Shown here: in pieces, positions 38,811 through 51,996 of the stretch
Numbering within the stretch: position 1 is the stretch's first letter
Layout: the number at the start of each line of letters is the position of its first letter
NCBI GenBank assembly: GCA_050575255.1
Contig: JBNZDD010013671.1
Span: forward strand, 3,010,812-3,074,811
From: Harriotta raleighana
Taxonomy: Eukaryota
Direction: 5' to 3'
DNA: 64,000 nucleotides
Position numbers and translations under genes: made by a program
Notes under the pieces: generated by a model
What the model was told of the DNA's origin: nothing
Database searches by the model: none
Seen by the model: only the letters and a program-made list of their open reading frames with translations

Positions 38811-39613
38811 GCTTTGTTGCTATAACATACACCCTAAATAAACATCTAAAATATAATTTTAATTAAACTCCTCTGATTTCTGCTCAACGGTTTATCTCTC
38901 TTTTTCCTCACTATTTTCTCTCGTTCGGGTACTGTTTTTTCCTGTCTGATTTCTATTCGAAACATTTCGCTTTATGCCTTATTTTCTCAAAACTCATCTT
39001 TGATCCTTCACTGACCTGGGTTTATGTTTCATCAATTTGTTAAAAAAAAACTGTGAGTTCATTGTTTGAATTGGGTTTCAGTAATGATTGTCAATTTAAC
39101 ATTTTCCATCACCAAAACGGGAAAGAATGAATTATATCAACGTTTCTCAGAGAAACAGCATTCAAACAATGTTAGTGATAACAGTGGAATTATAGGGCTT
39201 AGACAAGATATTCTACATAAGTGTATGTATCTGGGCTAATCACTGGTAAGTTAAATTCAATACTGATAATTTATCACAAACGGAAAGTAGCAGTAGGAGG
39301 CACATGTTCTTTCAATTATACTCATCCGTGGCATGACAAAAATGAATTTTAGAGCAATTGCTTTAGAGCAATTGCTTAATTCTTTGTGCATCTGAATCTA
39401 AACTAAACCAACTTGCAAATTAATGCTCCTTCAAAGTTGTTTTAAAAAAAAAACCCATTAAAACGATCCTTCGAGCAGAACGCGACCGCGTTCGTCCGAT
39501 AGTTGTTCATGTGGTCTGTGAAATTATGGTGACCTCTTGAGTGATTGGATAACTCACCTGCATGAATGCTCCACAGTTTACTGGCAGTTTTTATTTGGAA
39601 TCTGCATCTGTCA

Positions 39614-39629
39614 ACACTAGAGGGTGCTG
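39614..39629 (+). promoter_or_regulatory. Candidate CTCF site
   Basis: ACACTAGAGGGTGCTG, two mismatches from CCACTAGAGGGCGCTG, preceded by ctgca as in the CTCF upstream module. Confidence 0.5.
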
Positions 39630-42429
39630 AAGGATTTTAGGTCCTAACTGGTCATGAGAATACGTGGGTTGGAATATCACACCCTGGCTCCAGACAGGAG
39701 TCATGTCAGATTCACATAACGCAAACAAACTGTTTTGGTTATGTACCCTTTGGATGTTTGCTGCTGAAATCTTTTCCGCTGAATCGAGCTAACACCATTG
39801 TGGGAATTCAGTGAGCATCGTTACAACAACAACAACTTACACTTATATAGCGTCCCTCAACAACAATAACAACAGCAGCAAAATTACATTTCTAGAGCGC
39901 CTTTCTCGTCGGGAGAACGTCCCTCCACTCAGCGTAACATCTCAAACCTATAATCTATATTACATATATATAAATATTGTATTCTGCACCTAATAGACCT
40001 TTCACCTTCAGATCAGCTCACGGCTTTCAGCACAGGAGACCTTGAAATTAATTCTGTTCAATCACCTGGGCCTCTGAGCTCAAATTGCTAATACCCTTTT
40101 GTGAGCAGGAAAAATTCTATTTCGTTTCATTGTATTTCCAGCGCCCGTCAATGCAACTTTATACTTGAGGGCGAAACCCATACAAAAGGAGAGTGAAAAC
40201 GATGGCTGGCAAATTACTCATTGTGTTTCTGTCCATGCTCAAAAGTCGGAGGGAAGTGTGAAACAAGTGCACCTGGTGAAAATAATTACAGGCTGAAAGA
40301 GAAGAAGGTATGTGCGTGCAAGGTGACGGGGAACACTTAAATGCCAGACTAATTGTTCCTCAGAAGGAGAGAGAGATCCCGCTGCTGACGAGTTCGAGAC
40401 TGGCTCGATTAATGTAATCTTTCTGCCAGTTCTGTTTAGCCATGTCACGGTCTGTTTCCTTTAGTAAAGCCATTAAGTCTGACTAATGCAACTGCTCAGC
40501 AGTTACCCCTGCCTTCCCTGGGGCTGAGGATATAATGTCAGTGGGCCGAGATCCAATTCACTCCTGGATACGTTAAATCTTTTTACTGCGGGTCTTGTCA
40601 GGCAAGAGACATCGTCTGCTATCAACCACTCAAGAGAGAACCCCAGCCCATAAAAGCAATTTCATGTGCTCATTGATACAGAATGGATTGTTGCTGAGCC
40701 TCTAGCACGTTCTCAAGGTCAAACCACTGATAGTTTTCAAATGTTTTTTTTATTTTAAAAAAAATTGGCTTGTATCAAAATATGACTCTCTTAGCCTTTT
40801 TGGGGGAAAAAAAATTACAAGAGAATAAATCATTTGTGTGTGTGTGTGTTAACTGATGTTATGTCACATTGCAGCCTCGGGTTTGTTTGTAGTGCTGGCT
40901 GACCGACCGCCAAGATTTATCACTGTTCACAGTAACACGATAATAATAATTTAAACAAACAGAAACAAGCTACAGATACTATCAGGTTGTATTGTTGGCT
41001 TATAGGGATTTGCATTGCTTGCATTGAGGCTATGTTAGCAGCCATGAGAGTAGCTGCCCTGACTCATCATCATGTTAGATGGCTGAGTTAGACCAGAACA
41101 GAGCAATGGAAAAAGTACCCCCAAAAAAGCTGGACGATCTAAAACTGCATGGATCTCTTGTTTGGTTTGGGGACTCTCAAACATGTTTCCCTATGTGGTA
41201 GACCAGCCTCTCTCTCCCCCCACCCTGCCGACCCCCCAAAGAAAATAACCATCCCAAACAGCGACCAAAATACCAGCAAATATTTTTCTTTCTTTCTGAA
41301 CGTTACCGCTTGAGATAAATGTGAGCTGTTTGGGGGCATTTGATCCCCAAAAAAGTTTGCTGCCGAGACCTGCCTAAATCTTTTTCAAATTAGAATTCTT
41401 CTACTGTATCATTAGTGACAGCAAAAAAAAAAACTCCTTTTACATGCCAGAAAGACACGTCTCATAGCAATTCCCCAGTGCTGACTGAGAGCCCAAATTT
41501 GCAGGGGGGAGAGGGGTGGGGGGATAGGAATTGCAGCAGAAAAGGTAAGTGTTAAGGTGAGTTTTGAAGGAAAATGAGGGAAAGAACAGGAATTATNTTT
41601 TCAAATTAGAATTCTTCTACTGTATCATTAGTGACAGCAAAAAAAAATAACTCCTCTTACATGGCAGAAAGACACGTCTCATAGCAATTCAGTGCTGACT
41701 GAGAACCCAAATTTGCAGGGGAGAGGTGGGGGGATAGGAATTGCAGCAGAAAAGGTAAGTGTTAAGGTGAATTTTGAAGGAAAATGAGGGAAAGAACAGG
41801 AATTACGAAGGAAGACTGCAGAACGGGGAGAAAAGTGCTCACCCACCACAATGGTGGGGCGGATTGGTTTGTGGGGATGTCTTCCCGACCTGAGAGGCGC
41901 TCTACAAATGTAATTTTGTTGTCGTTGTGAAGGAGGCCAGTGTTTCTGAGGGGAAGGTTGTAATTATTAGAGAAATAGGGTAGTTTGAGGAAGAAATGAA
42001 GCCATCGAACAATTCGAAGGGGCCATTTGTGGGCTCCGTCCCATCAACAAGTACCTGTTGATCTCACATTTGGAACGCTCGTCGGGTCTTATTCTGTCGG
42101 AATCCCCAGAAATGATTGCTGCGAACTTGCCATAAGGTTTTAATGACCGTTCAAATGCGAGGAATGCTAATTGATCTTGATTTGCTCAAACAAACCAAAA
42201 ATGTAACACAACTGAACTGAACTAGTCACGGTTTGATCTTGAGCTGCATTTCACAATGGGGGAAAAAAATCTCCATCTGGCATCTCCAAATGACACCTTT
42301 CCCTGTTACATTCATACAGATCTGCTCACCAAATAGAAAATTGTTGTTCATTGTACAGTATATATATTTTTTAATGGTTTGATTTTACTGGCTCTGACCA
42401 TTCATTCGACTATAATAATAAATATATAA

Positions 42430-42750
42430 TAAGAATAATCCTTGCATTTAATATAGAGTTTTATCACGTCTTCTAGACGTCTCAAAGCACTTCACAGAAT
42501 ACACCGTGAAGTGATTTGACTCTATATTTGTGGGTGAAACGCAGTAGCCAATTGCGCACAGCAGTGTCCCCACAAACAGTTGTGGATTGAAATGACCAAT
42601 TTTATTATTGTGTTGTTTTCGGAGGGATTATTATTAGGCGTGTGGAGTAAGGAAACTTGCCCAAGGTTTCGCCCTGACCTGCTGGAATTGAACACAGATC
42701 TCACGTTTGTAAGGTAAATGCTCTAACCACTGAGCTACAGGAGCTCCACA
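42430..42750 (-). mobile_element. SINE, full-length
   Basis: Head gtggagctcctgtagctcagtggttagagc; core and tail present. Confidence 0.92.
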
Positions 42751-43789
42751 AAACTATGCCCTTGACTCACTCTTCTGGGTTTTATTTATGCTGCACGAGA
42801 TGGCAACTTACCATAGAGTGAACACTGCTGGGCGTGAATGGCTGCTGCGTTCCACCCACAAAATATACAGTTAATCCACTTCACAGTACAACAACAAAAT
42901 TACACTTGTATAGCGCCTTTCATGTCAGGAGGACATCCCAAGTCGCTGGACTCGAAACACGTCCTTAGACACTGTATCAAATGCAAAATTTATTATTATT
43001 GTTGTCTGTTTTGCCATATTAGTCAGTGCCAGTTAAATATACTTCCTGATTAGATGATGTCCCAAATTATACATGTGAAGTGCCAGTTAAATGTCTCAGC
43101 TGATGATACAGTGACTTCTTTACTCTGGATAGAAACAGCAATGATCTAATTCTGTTTAACTGCGAGAGATAGAGTTGACCAGGTATTCTTTTTCTTTGAA
43201 ACGGCAGGTTTGTCGCTTGCTGCCTTTGCTAGAGTCGCTTGAGAGAAACAAAATCTGACTGAATTCCGTCTTTCATTAAATTTTCCCCTCATTCTCCACT
43301 CAAATTCCCCTCAAAAGAGAACACATTTATAAAATCTGATTGTTGCTGTTGCATTCCTGTAAAAGATGACAGATGGATTCTGCAGCACAAAGATGCGTCG
43401 TNNNNNNNNNNNNNNNNNNNNNNNNNNNNNNNNNNNNNNNNNNNNNNNNNNNNNNNNNNNNNNNNNNNNNNNNNNNNNNNNNNNNNNNNNNNNNNNNNNN
43501 NNNNNNNNNNNNNNNNNNNNNNNNNNNNNNNNNNNNNNNNNNNNNNNNNNNNNNNNNNNNNNNNNNNNNNNNNNNNNNNNNNNNNNNNNNNNNNNNNNNN
43601 NNNNNNNNNNNNNNNNNNNNNNNNNNNNNNNNNNNNNNNNNNNNNNNNNNNNNNNNNNNNNNNNNNNNNNNNNNNNNNNNNNNNNNNNNNNNNNNNNNNN
43701 NNNNNNNNNNNNNNNNNNNNNNNNNNNNNNNNNNNNNNNNNNNNNNNNNNNNNNNNNNNNNNNNNNNNNNNNNNNNNNNNNNNNNNNNN

Positions 43790-43992
43790 TGGGCAAGTTT
43801 CCTTACTCCACACACACTCCTTTTCAATCCACGACTGTTTGTGGGGGACGCTGCTGTGCGCAATTGGCTGCCGCATTTCGCCCACAAATATACAGTCATT
43901 TCACTTTACAGTATATTCTGTGAAGCCCTTTGAGATGTCGATGAGATGTGAAAAGCGCTGCATGAAAATGCAAGGATTATTATTATATTATG
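43790..43992 (+). mobile_element. SINE, head in gap
   Basis: gggcaagtttccttactcca...gctgctgtgcgcaattggctgccgc...gcaaggattattattat. Confidence 0.9.
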
Positions 43993-44124
43993 AATGTTTA
44001 ATCATTGACTAGGAAACAAAACCAATTGTGTTTTACGGGATTAAACCTAAAATTGTATCACTACTTCACTAATTGCGAACACTTGTCAAATTAAATCAGT
44101 GACAAAATATTGATGTGAAAAGGT

Positions 44125-44330
44125 TGGGGTGAAATGTGGCAGCCAATTGTGCACAACAGTGGCACACAAACAGTCTTGGATTTAAATGACCAATTTATTA
44201 TTTTGTTGAGCGATTATTATCAGGTGTGTGGAGTAAGGAAACTTCCCCAAGGTTTCGCCCTGGCTGGGAATCGAACCCAGGTCTCTCACTTGCAAGGCAA
44301 ATGCTGTAACCGTTGAGCTACAGGACTCCA
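44125..44330 (-). mobile_element. SINE, 5' two-thirds
   Basis: Head ggagtcctgtagctcaacggttacagc, B-box ggttcgattccc, core. Confidence 0.87.
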
Positions 44331-44649
44331 GAACAAGTGACCTTATTGCATGTTACTGAACTTTGTGGTAATGGGTTTGCTTGATGAATACAATCAATCC
44401 TGTTTAAACCCATCACCTCTATTCAGCAACCACCTGCTTTTATTCACCTCCCTAGAACATTCCCAACTGACTTTCCTGAATAAATCGCTTCTACTCATCA
44501 CTCGTGTGTCTTAATTTAACAATGCCCACTGCTTCACTCCCTCTGTGTATGTACATGCTTCTCAATGTCTGCCTCGAAGTGAAATTAACAGTACTTAACA
44601 GATGCATTACTAATTCATAGCCGTCCATTGAACTCCTAGCGCATTTACC

Positions 44650-45050
44650 AACAATAATAATCCTCGCATTTATTCTAACCTTATCTTGTTGTTGGGAAGT
44701 CTTAAAGGGCAGCACAGGAGATACTGTAAGTCGATTGACTACTTTGTGGGCGAAACACAGGAGCCAGATTGACCAACAGAAAGTCCCACAAACAGCCATG
44801 GAGTAAGTGACCGATTTATTCTGTGGGATTGTTGGTCGGGGCATTCCTTTCACGTTTCGGAACAGGCGGAGACAGGGTCTTGTTTTAAATTCTCATCGGC
44901 ATCTACACAAATGCAATGAACCCTTCGCCCTGCGATCGAAGTCAGTTTAGATGATGTGATTCCATGACCCAGAGCTGCGCTGAGCAGCTCACATTGGCTC
45001 CCACAACTTCCCACCGCACCCGTGAGGCAACATTGGTAAATGCTCGAGGA
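44650..45050 (-). mobile_element. Old DeuSINE-like element
   Basis: SINE tail and core at 44650-44830 followed by weak Deu-like segments (gatgagaatttaaaac, aaactgacttcgatcgcag). Confidence 0.5.
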
Positions 45051-45094
45051 GTCTAGTGGGAGTCAGGCAAATATTTCCAGGCCAGTCAATGAAC

Positions 45095-45402
45095 AAACGT
45101 GTGAGACCTGTGTTTCGAATCCAGGCAGTTCAGGGTGAAACCTTAGGCAAGTTTCTTTACTTCACACACACACACGCACACACACACACACACTGCTGAT
45201 AATAATCCATCCAAAAATAACCTATAATAAAATAAAATTGGTTGTTTCAATCCACGACTGTTTGTGCGACACTGCTGTGTGCAATTGGCTGCCTTGCTTT
45301 GCTGACAAATCTACAGCCAATTCACTTTACAGTATATTCTGCGAAGTGCTTTGAGAAGACATGAAAAGTGTAATATCAAAATGCAAGGATTATTATTATT
45401 AT
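45095..45402 (+). mobile_element. SINE
   Basis: gtgagacctgtgtttcgaatccaggc...(CA)n...core...gcaaggattattattatt. Confidence 0.9.
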
Positions 45403-45768
45403 TGAATGAACCTGAACTCCAGTGGCCACCCTTACATAAAGTCCACTTTGCTCCATTCCCCCTGAGTGTTTGCTGCGTTAAATAAAATCTTTTGCTCTTT
45501 GTTACAGAAAGGTACACACGACTTAAGTAATGTTGGTCACAGTATAAAATCACAGACATAAATAACGTCTTGCTTGCTTGGTGTATTTCTTTGAAATAAA
45601 TAATTTGTTAGAGGCTTTGCCATTTTGGATCTTGGTGCAAAAGCGATCACTTGAGCGGGTAAATAATGTATGCTTGTTGTATGCAGTGAGGGCGACTCTC
45701 CCCCCAAATCAGTACAACAAAGAAACACAAATAAACCAACACTTTGCATTTCTTCAGTTTGAGATTGA

Positions 45769-46082
45769 AGTCCTGTAGCTCAGTGGTTGGAGCACTCGCT
45801 TTACAAGCGCGAGACCAGTGTTCGAATCCAGGCAGGTCAGGGCGAAACCTTGGGCAAGTTTTCTGACTCCACACGCCTAATAATAATCCCTCGAAAGAAA
45901 CATCCCTCAAATTGGTCACTTCAACCCGCGGCTGATTGTGGGGAGACTGCTATGCGCAAGTGGCTGCCGCGTTTCGTCCACCAGTATAGTCAATTCACTT
46001 TACTGTGTATTCTGTGAAACACTTTGAGACAATTCTAGAAGACGTGAAAAGCGCTATCTCAAATGCAAGGATTATTATTATT
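45769..46082 (+). mobile_element. SINE, full-length with intact A and B boxes
   Basis: gtcctgTAGCTCAGTGGttggagcactcgctttacaagcgcgagaccagtGTTCGAATCCaggc...tail. Confidence 0.94.
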
Positions 46083-46087
46083 GCGTA

Positions 46088-46102
46088 CCAGCAGATGGCG
46101 CT
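46088..46102 (+). promoter_or_regulatory. Candidate CTCF site
   Basis: CCAGCAGATGGCGCT, an exact fit to the CCASYAGRKGGCRS core. Confidence 0.6.
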
Positions 46103-46689
46103 TCGCCATCCAAAATACTATATCCCGGGTGAAATACCTTGCGTTTACTGACGGTTGCAGACAAGTAGTCATATTGTTTCAGGGGAGAACAAAAACTGCA
46201 GCGAACAATAGGAAGCTTACTGTTGAGTTTAAGGAAGGGTAAAGGCTAAGTGTGACGTTGGGATGACAAACAGAGCATTCTGTTAACATGAGCTCGAAAG
46301 GGCTTTCAGTAAAGACTTCAACGCTACAAAAGAATGCAATTGGATGTGGTTGCCAGGTCAACTGGCTAAATTGTTCTGCGCTCTGCAATCCTACATGTTA
46401 TCCTTTGAAACTGACAGCAGCTTGTTTTATTGTAATATTTTTGATTTCCAATAATTATTTTGGTGCCTGAGGCACGTTAACTGAGGCAACGTAAAGTTAT
46501 AGCAACGATGAATCCTCAGCTGCACGCTATTTAGGTTAGAGCATTGGCCTTTATGTTCAGCGGTTAGAATAATCAAATAGCCTTCGGGGAATGGTGTGAG
46601 CTTGTAACAACAAAAGCAACAACTTGCATTTATATAGCGCCCTCCATACCGAATGGGGTCTCAGAACGTTTGAATGAAACTGTAAATAA

Positions 46690-47120
46690 AATAATAATAA
46701 TATTAATAATAATAATTCTTGAATTTGATATAGCACTTTTCACGTCTTCTAAACGTCTCAAAGCACTTCACAGAATACACTGTAAAGAGAATTGACTGTA
46801 TATTTGTGGGCGTAACGCGGCAGCCAATTGCGCACAGCAGCGTCCCACAAACAGTCGTGGATTAAAATGACCAATTTTATTATTGTGTTTTTTTTGGAGG
46901 GATTATTATTAATCGTGTGGAGTAAGGAAACTTACCCAAGGTTTCGTCCTGACAAGGTTTTCGTCGTTCCGCCCACAAATATACAGTCAATTCACTTTAC
47001 GGTATATTCTGTGAAGCGCTTTGGGACGTCGATAAGATGTGAAAAGCGCTATATCAAATGCAAGGATTATTCTTATTATTATTGCCTGGATTTAGGCGAG
47101 TGCTCTAATCACTGAGCTAA
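46690..47120. mobile_element. Minus-strand SINE containing a plus-strand SINE 3' fragment (46970-47082)
   Basis: Minus tail and core at 46690-46955, plus tail at 46970-47082, minus head remnant gcgagtgctctaatcactgagcta at 47096-47119. Confidence 0.87.
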
Positions 47121-48094
47121 TTTACAATGCTTACAGCGAGTTCATTTCTGGTGTGTTTTTGTAAAAAACATTCAATTAAAAAAATCTGAAAATGTGAAGC
47201 TTTGGATAATAATTAGATTTTCTGGGGTTTATAGCGTGAGTCAACCATGAGTTATGAGTGACACTGTTGAAAATGCTATTTTACTGTAATATGATAGGAG
47301 CTGTGTTTCAATGGGAAGGATTGCAGCATAAATGAGATCCAACGCTTCATGTCTTGATTTACTCTTTTGTGATTTACCATAAGTGTGGCTGTACTCTATC
47401 CTCAATGATCTAAGTTTTTGATTAATTATGCTGACTTCTTAAAATTCTGAACATATTTGGTACAGTTAATTGCGAGGTGATTTCCACCGACTAACAAAAG
47501 GGGCATAAATTTGAGAAGGAAAGATGAGGCAATAAGAAAGTATTTGTTTATTACAGAAAAGCTTGTTAAAATATATAATTGCTTCCCACAACATGGATCT
47601 GAAAGCCATTCCTGTAATATTTAAAGGAGTTTAAAAGGGAATTGAAATTGAAATAGGCGAAGAGAATATATTGAAAGAGCAGAGTCAGATTGGAGTCGGT
47701 AGTTGAAAATGCTCTTTGATTCTATCATAACTTGCTTAAACAATTTTTATTACAGAATTTGTCACATTGTTAAAGTCATGAATGGAGAAATTATTTTCAG
47801 CTCAAGATTTGTAGCACTGCTGAATTCAGTGTGAATGTCAAATTAGAGGCTGCTCAGTGGACATGCATTCCAAGCAAATGAAAGGCATTTCATCTTAAAC
47901 TCAGAAGTTCTGTATTCAGTGCGTTCTCAAATGGAATTACAGATGAACGGCATTTTGAAGGTCAATTTCCTCATTTAATGTGTTTTAAGGCAATATGAAA
48001 TTAATAAAACCTCAAGTGTGCTATTTAAAACTCCGACTAACAAGAAACAGAAAAAAATCTTTGGAAACACCAAATTGCTTAAAAAATACGTGCT

Positions 48095-48263
48095 CAAGAC
48101 TCTCTTCTTCCATTCTGCCTTCAGCCATCCTCCTACCCCTACCCTCCCCGCCCTTCACTCCTCCTGATCCCAACTCCCAGCTCAGGGTGTGGATCCCTGA
48201 CTGTCCAGTGCCTTGAGACATCCTCCTGATGTGAAAGGTGCTGTACAAATCCAAGTTGTTGTT
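48095..48263 (+). mobile_element. L2 LINE 3' end
   Basis: ctcaagactctcttcttcc...gagacatcctcctgatgtgaaaggtgctgtacaaatccaagttgttgtt. Confidence 0.78.
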
Positions 48264-48333
48264 TTCAGTAGAATTTTTTCAGTGCCTCATCTTTCCTAGG
48301 TGAATGAAGCATTCCTAGTGGAATTCATTCAAT

Positions 48334-48640
48334 GTGGAGTCATGTAGCTCAGTGGTTAGAGCACTCGGCTTGCAAATGAGAGACCTGGGTTTAATTCCAC
48401 GCCGGGTGAAATCTTGGGCATGTTTCCGAACTCCACATGCCTGATAGTAATCCTTCCAAAAAAAAACATTTTCAATCCATGACTATTCGTGGCACACTGC
48501 TGTGTGCAATTGGCTGCAGTGTTTCTCCCACAAATAAACAGTCAATTCCCTTTTACGGAATATTCTATGAAGCGCTTTGAGACGTCTAGAAGACATGAAA
48601 AGCGCTGTACCAAATGCAAGGATTACTTTGATTATTATTC
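48334..48640 (+). mobile_element. SINE, full-length
   Basis: gtggagtcatgtagctcagtggttagagcactc head, core, tail. Confidence 0.9.
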
Positions 48641-51279
48641 CTATAATCTACAGGAACTTTGCTCTGGAAGTTCCCACATATTGGTGTAACACCCCTAGGA
48701 TTCCTCTTCACCAAATCCTGCCAAGAATTGGGAGAAATTAGACCCCTATTTCCATCTAAAACAGAAAGTTTTGAAAGTTCTACACCAAAAGAAAATTCTC
48801 TGCGACAAATTGAGGAATGCTCTTGAGAACTCTGACATGGCCAGTTCTTTCAAAGAATCATGGTTAATTGGGAGTTGAATGTGTAAAAAAAACAACAACA
48901 AAGAAACATTATTCTAATTAGTGTTTGAAGAGCGAAGTTAATTTCAGTGAGGTCATGCTATGTTGTAAAGAGTCTTGTGACCCTGTCACAAGCAATTGGA
49001 AGTTTTACATACATAGAAAAAGCTTGCTTTTCAACTGATGACATAATCTCTTTAATTGGTGTCAGTTAGGAGGGCTACTTTTGAGAGAGTGGAAAACACC
49101 TATAGACAGCAATCTCACTCCCTCTGCTCTCACAACAAACGAAGTAGCTTTTAACAATGTGCTATAAACTCTTACAACTCATCGCTTGTCAAGACAAAGC
49201 ACATCCAGTTGAAAGAATAAGTATTAGGAATTCGCAAATCTGTTTACATTAAGACATGGTTTGTGCCAAAAAAAAAACTACAGAAATGAACAGTTGGTGG
49301 AAAACCAAACAATGAGCAACAACTCTTGGTCTGTTTGTCAAATTCATTTTATGAGTTTGGTTGATTTATTTATAACAGTTTCTCTGGCTGGGTGGAGTTG
49401 CAGAAGAGGGATCTTTCACTAATCATATTTATCCATTTGCATTGCATGTATAACCCACAGGCCCATCGCCTCACTGGAGAAAAGCATACTCAGCATATCC
49501 TTTGAAGGGATACTTTACTGTAAGGTGCTAAAAGCTATGATATGTCTTCCTAAGCCTGTGGTATGCGAGACCTGTGACTTCAAACGCATCCACGTTGGTA
49601 TCAGTTTAAAAAAAATCTGTTATTATTCTTCATTCCAAAACTGAAGTACTCATCATTTTCCCTCTAAAATTGGCTCCTCACTCCTCAAAGCTCCTCATAG
49701 CTTTGATTGCCTGGCTTGACTTTAACGTAGGAAAATAAGTTTGGACATATTTGTCTGCAAAATTAGTGTTCTAATATTTTGTCTCTGAAAAAACCTCCTT
49801 GGGATTGCTAGCCTCAAATTAAGAAAGAGTTGATAAGGTAACTGTTTTCAGCGTTCCATCCCCTTTCGATTGGAACAAACTGCAAGGTCAACCCACTGTT
49901 TATTGAGGGCAATGAAAGGGGTCGTGAAAAATCAGGACTTTTTGTCTGACCTTTGATGTCTCAATAAGATCTTTTATGGTACACCGAATGGAATAAATTT
50001 TGCTTTAAAGACCCATATTACCTTGTGATGTTTAATCTTGTACTTTTTGAGCTGACTCACTCAGAGCTCGTTTCAACACTTCAAACTCAGTGAGCTTGAA
50101 GCTTTCCTACTTGATTTACCATATTCTATGTGGCATTTCGATTGAACTATTCTTAGACCTCAAGTGAGAGTTTTGCCTGAAGTTGACTCGGAGCTTTATC
50201 TTTCTCAAGAGATTATGATCCTGAAATTTCCCCATCACTAGATACATCCGATATGAAATCGAACTTTACTGCATGAATGTTGATTAAATAATTGCATATA
50301 TTTAGACAACAATGCATTCCCTCTGTCAACAAAATGTTGGTCACACAGCTCCTAAGCATTATTTCTCCATGTAGCTTGTGCAATATGCTTTTTTTTGCCT
50401 CTCAAGATGTCAAGAGCTATCAGAAAACAGCAACGATTCACTGAACCTCAAATAAGGTCACTTTACGTGTCAATGCCAAGAGTCAGCTTAGACTACGTGA
50501 GGTGGACACATGAGGTAATCTCCACGGATTTATTAAGCACAATTGCTCAGACTACACATTGGCACGTTGATCTGTAAGGCACATCGCAAGATGCAATCAG
50601 AGAGAGGCCAGCCCGTTGGGCACTGGTTTTGGAGACTAACAAATAAGGAAGGAACTTTACTTTTAGTGCGCTCTCCTTAATTGTAGTTAACCTTGTATAT
50701 ATCCGCCAATTCCCCCATTCCACTCTTTCATTTTGATGGAAAGTGTTTGGACATTATAATGTAATGTGGGAGGAGTGGGATATGTAGCATGTGTGGCTTC
50801 TGTAAAACTTACAAAAGTACCTCAGTTGAAAGTGTTTGTGATTTTTTTTCGTGCAACAATTGGAGATAAATTATTTTCATCCCAGTCTTTCAGTGCCTGA
50901 GTTTGTTGGTTGTCAAACTTCACGATTAAAAATTTTTGAGGAATCTCGCAATCCAGGCATATCCCAATATTTACAAACCAGAAGTTACAATCAACAGAAC
51001 AAAATCCTATTTGTACCCATTTTACATTAGGTGGCTCGGTAACAAAACACAGTCAATCCATGTTACAGTATATACTATGAAATGCTTTGAGATGTCTTGA
51101 TAACCTGATCAAGCACTGTATCAAATGCAGGGATTATTATAATTACAATGAAACTAGGATTTTTCAACCTTGAAAACCGACGCCTCAGAGAGGTAATGTA
51201 CGATACGACAGTAAATGCAATTCAGCAAAATCAACCAGAATAATCCAAGGGTTTTAGATATGTAAAGGCAGCAATACAA

Positions 51280-51542
51280 GGATCTCCTGTAGCTCAGTGG
51301 TTGGAGCACTTGCCTTGCAAACGTGAGACCTGTGTTCAAATCCAGGCAGATCAGGGCGAAACTTTGGGCAAATTTCCTTACTCCACACACCTAATAATAA
51401 TCCCTCCAAATAAACCACAATAATAATATTGGTCATTTCAATCCATGACTGTTTGTGGGCCACTGCTGTGCGTAATTGGGAAGCATTTTGAGATGTCGAA
51501 AAGTGCTATGTCAAAATGGAAGGATTATTATTTTTATTATTA
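51280..51542 (+). mobile_element. SINE with 3' internal deletion
   Basis: ctcctgtagctcagtggttggagcacttgcc head; core truncated after gtgcgtaattgg. Confidence 0.88.
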
Positions 51543-51996
51543 CAAGGGATGTAAGCAACACTAAGGTTCAGGATTGGGAAAGGCAATTTTAGGACACACA
51601 CCAGATTGTATTATTTTTAGACAGAGGGTAATTATTGCTGAAATGAATTGCCTGGAAGGATGTTTGGGATTAAGACACTAACTGGCCAGGACATTTAACA
51701 AACAGCTTGATGCTGTAATGGGAAAGTGGTTAGGGTTAATGTTGTGCTCGGTTGAGATCAAAATGGTTAGAAGATCTGTCTTCATCCTGATCCCTTCTCT
51801 GTTTTGTTGATCTCTGACCTGAAAACATCCAAAATTATCAATTAAATATCAATAAATAAATAGTCACTATATTTTGTGGAAGAGATTTTGCGAAGCTTTT
51901 GGTTCATTTCAACGCAATCAGGTGCAATAGCAAATGAAAGGATTATTATTATTATAGGAGTAATTGATGTTGTCAGATCCAAATTCTGCACTGATG

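Noticed and set aside
41376-41810. ~220-bp tandem duplication
   Set aside because: The two copies are joined by a single N at 41597 and differ by a few SNPs and indels, typical of two haplotypes or contig ends placed side by side.
43289-43360. Minus-strand exon-like segment (ttttacag|GAATGCAACAG...)
   Set aside because: No recognisable homology, early stop, adjacent to a gap.
45769-45835. tRNA-like sequence with TAC anticodon-like loop (also at other SINE heads)
   Set aside because: No acceptor-stem pairing, and it continues straight into SINE body; a SINE head, not a tRNA gene.
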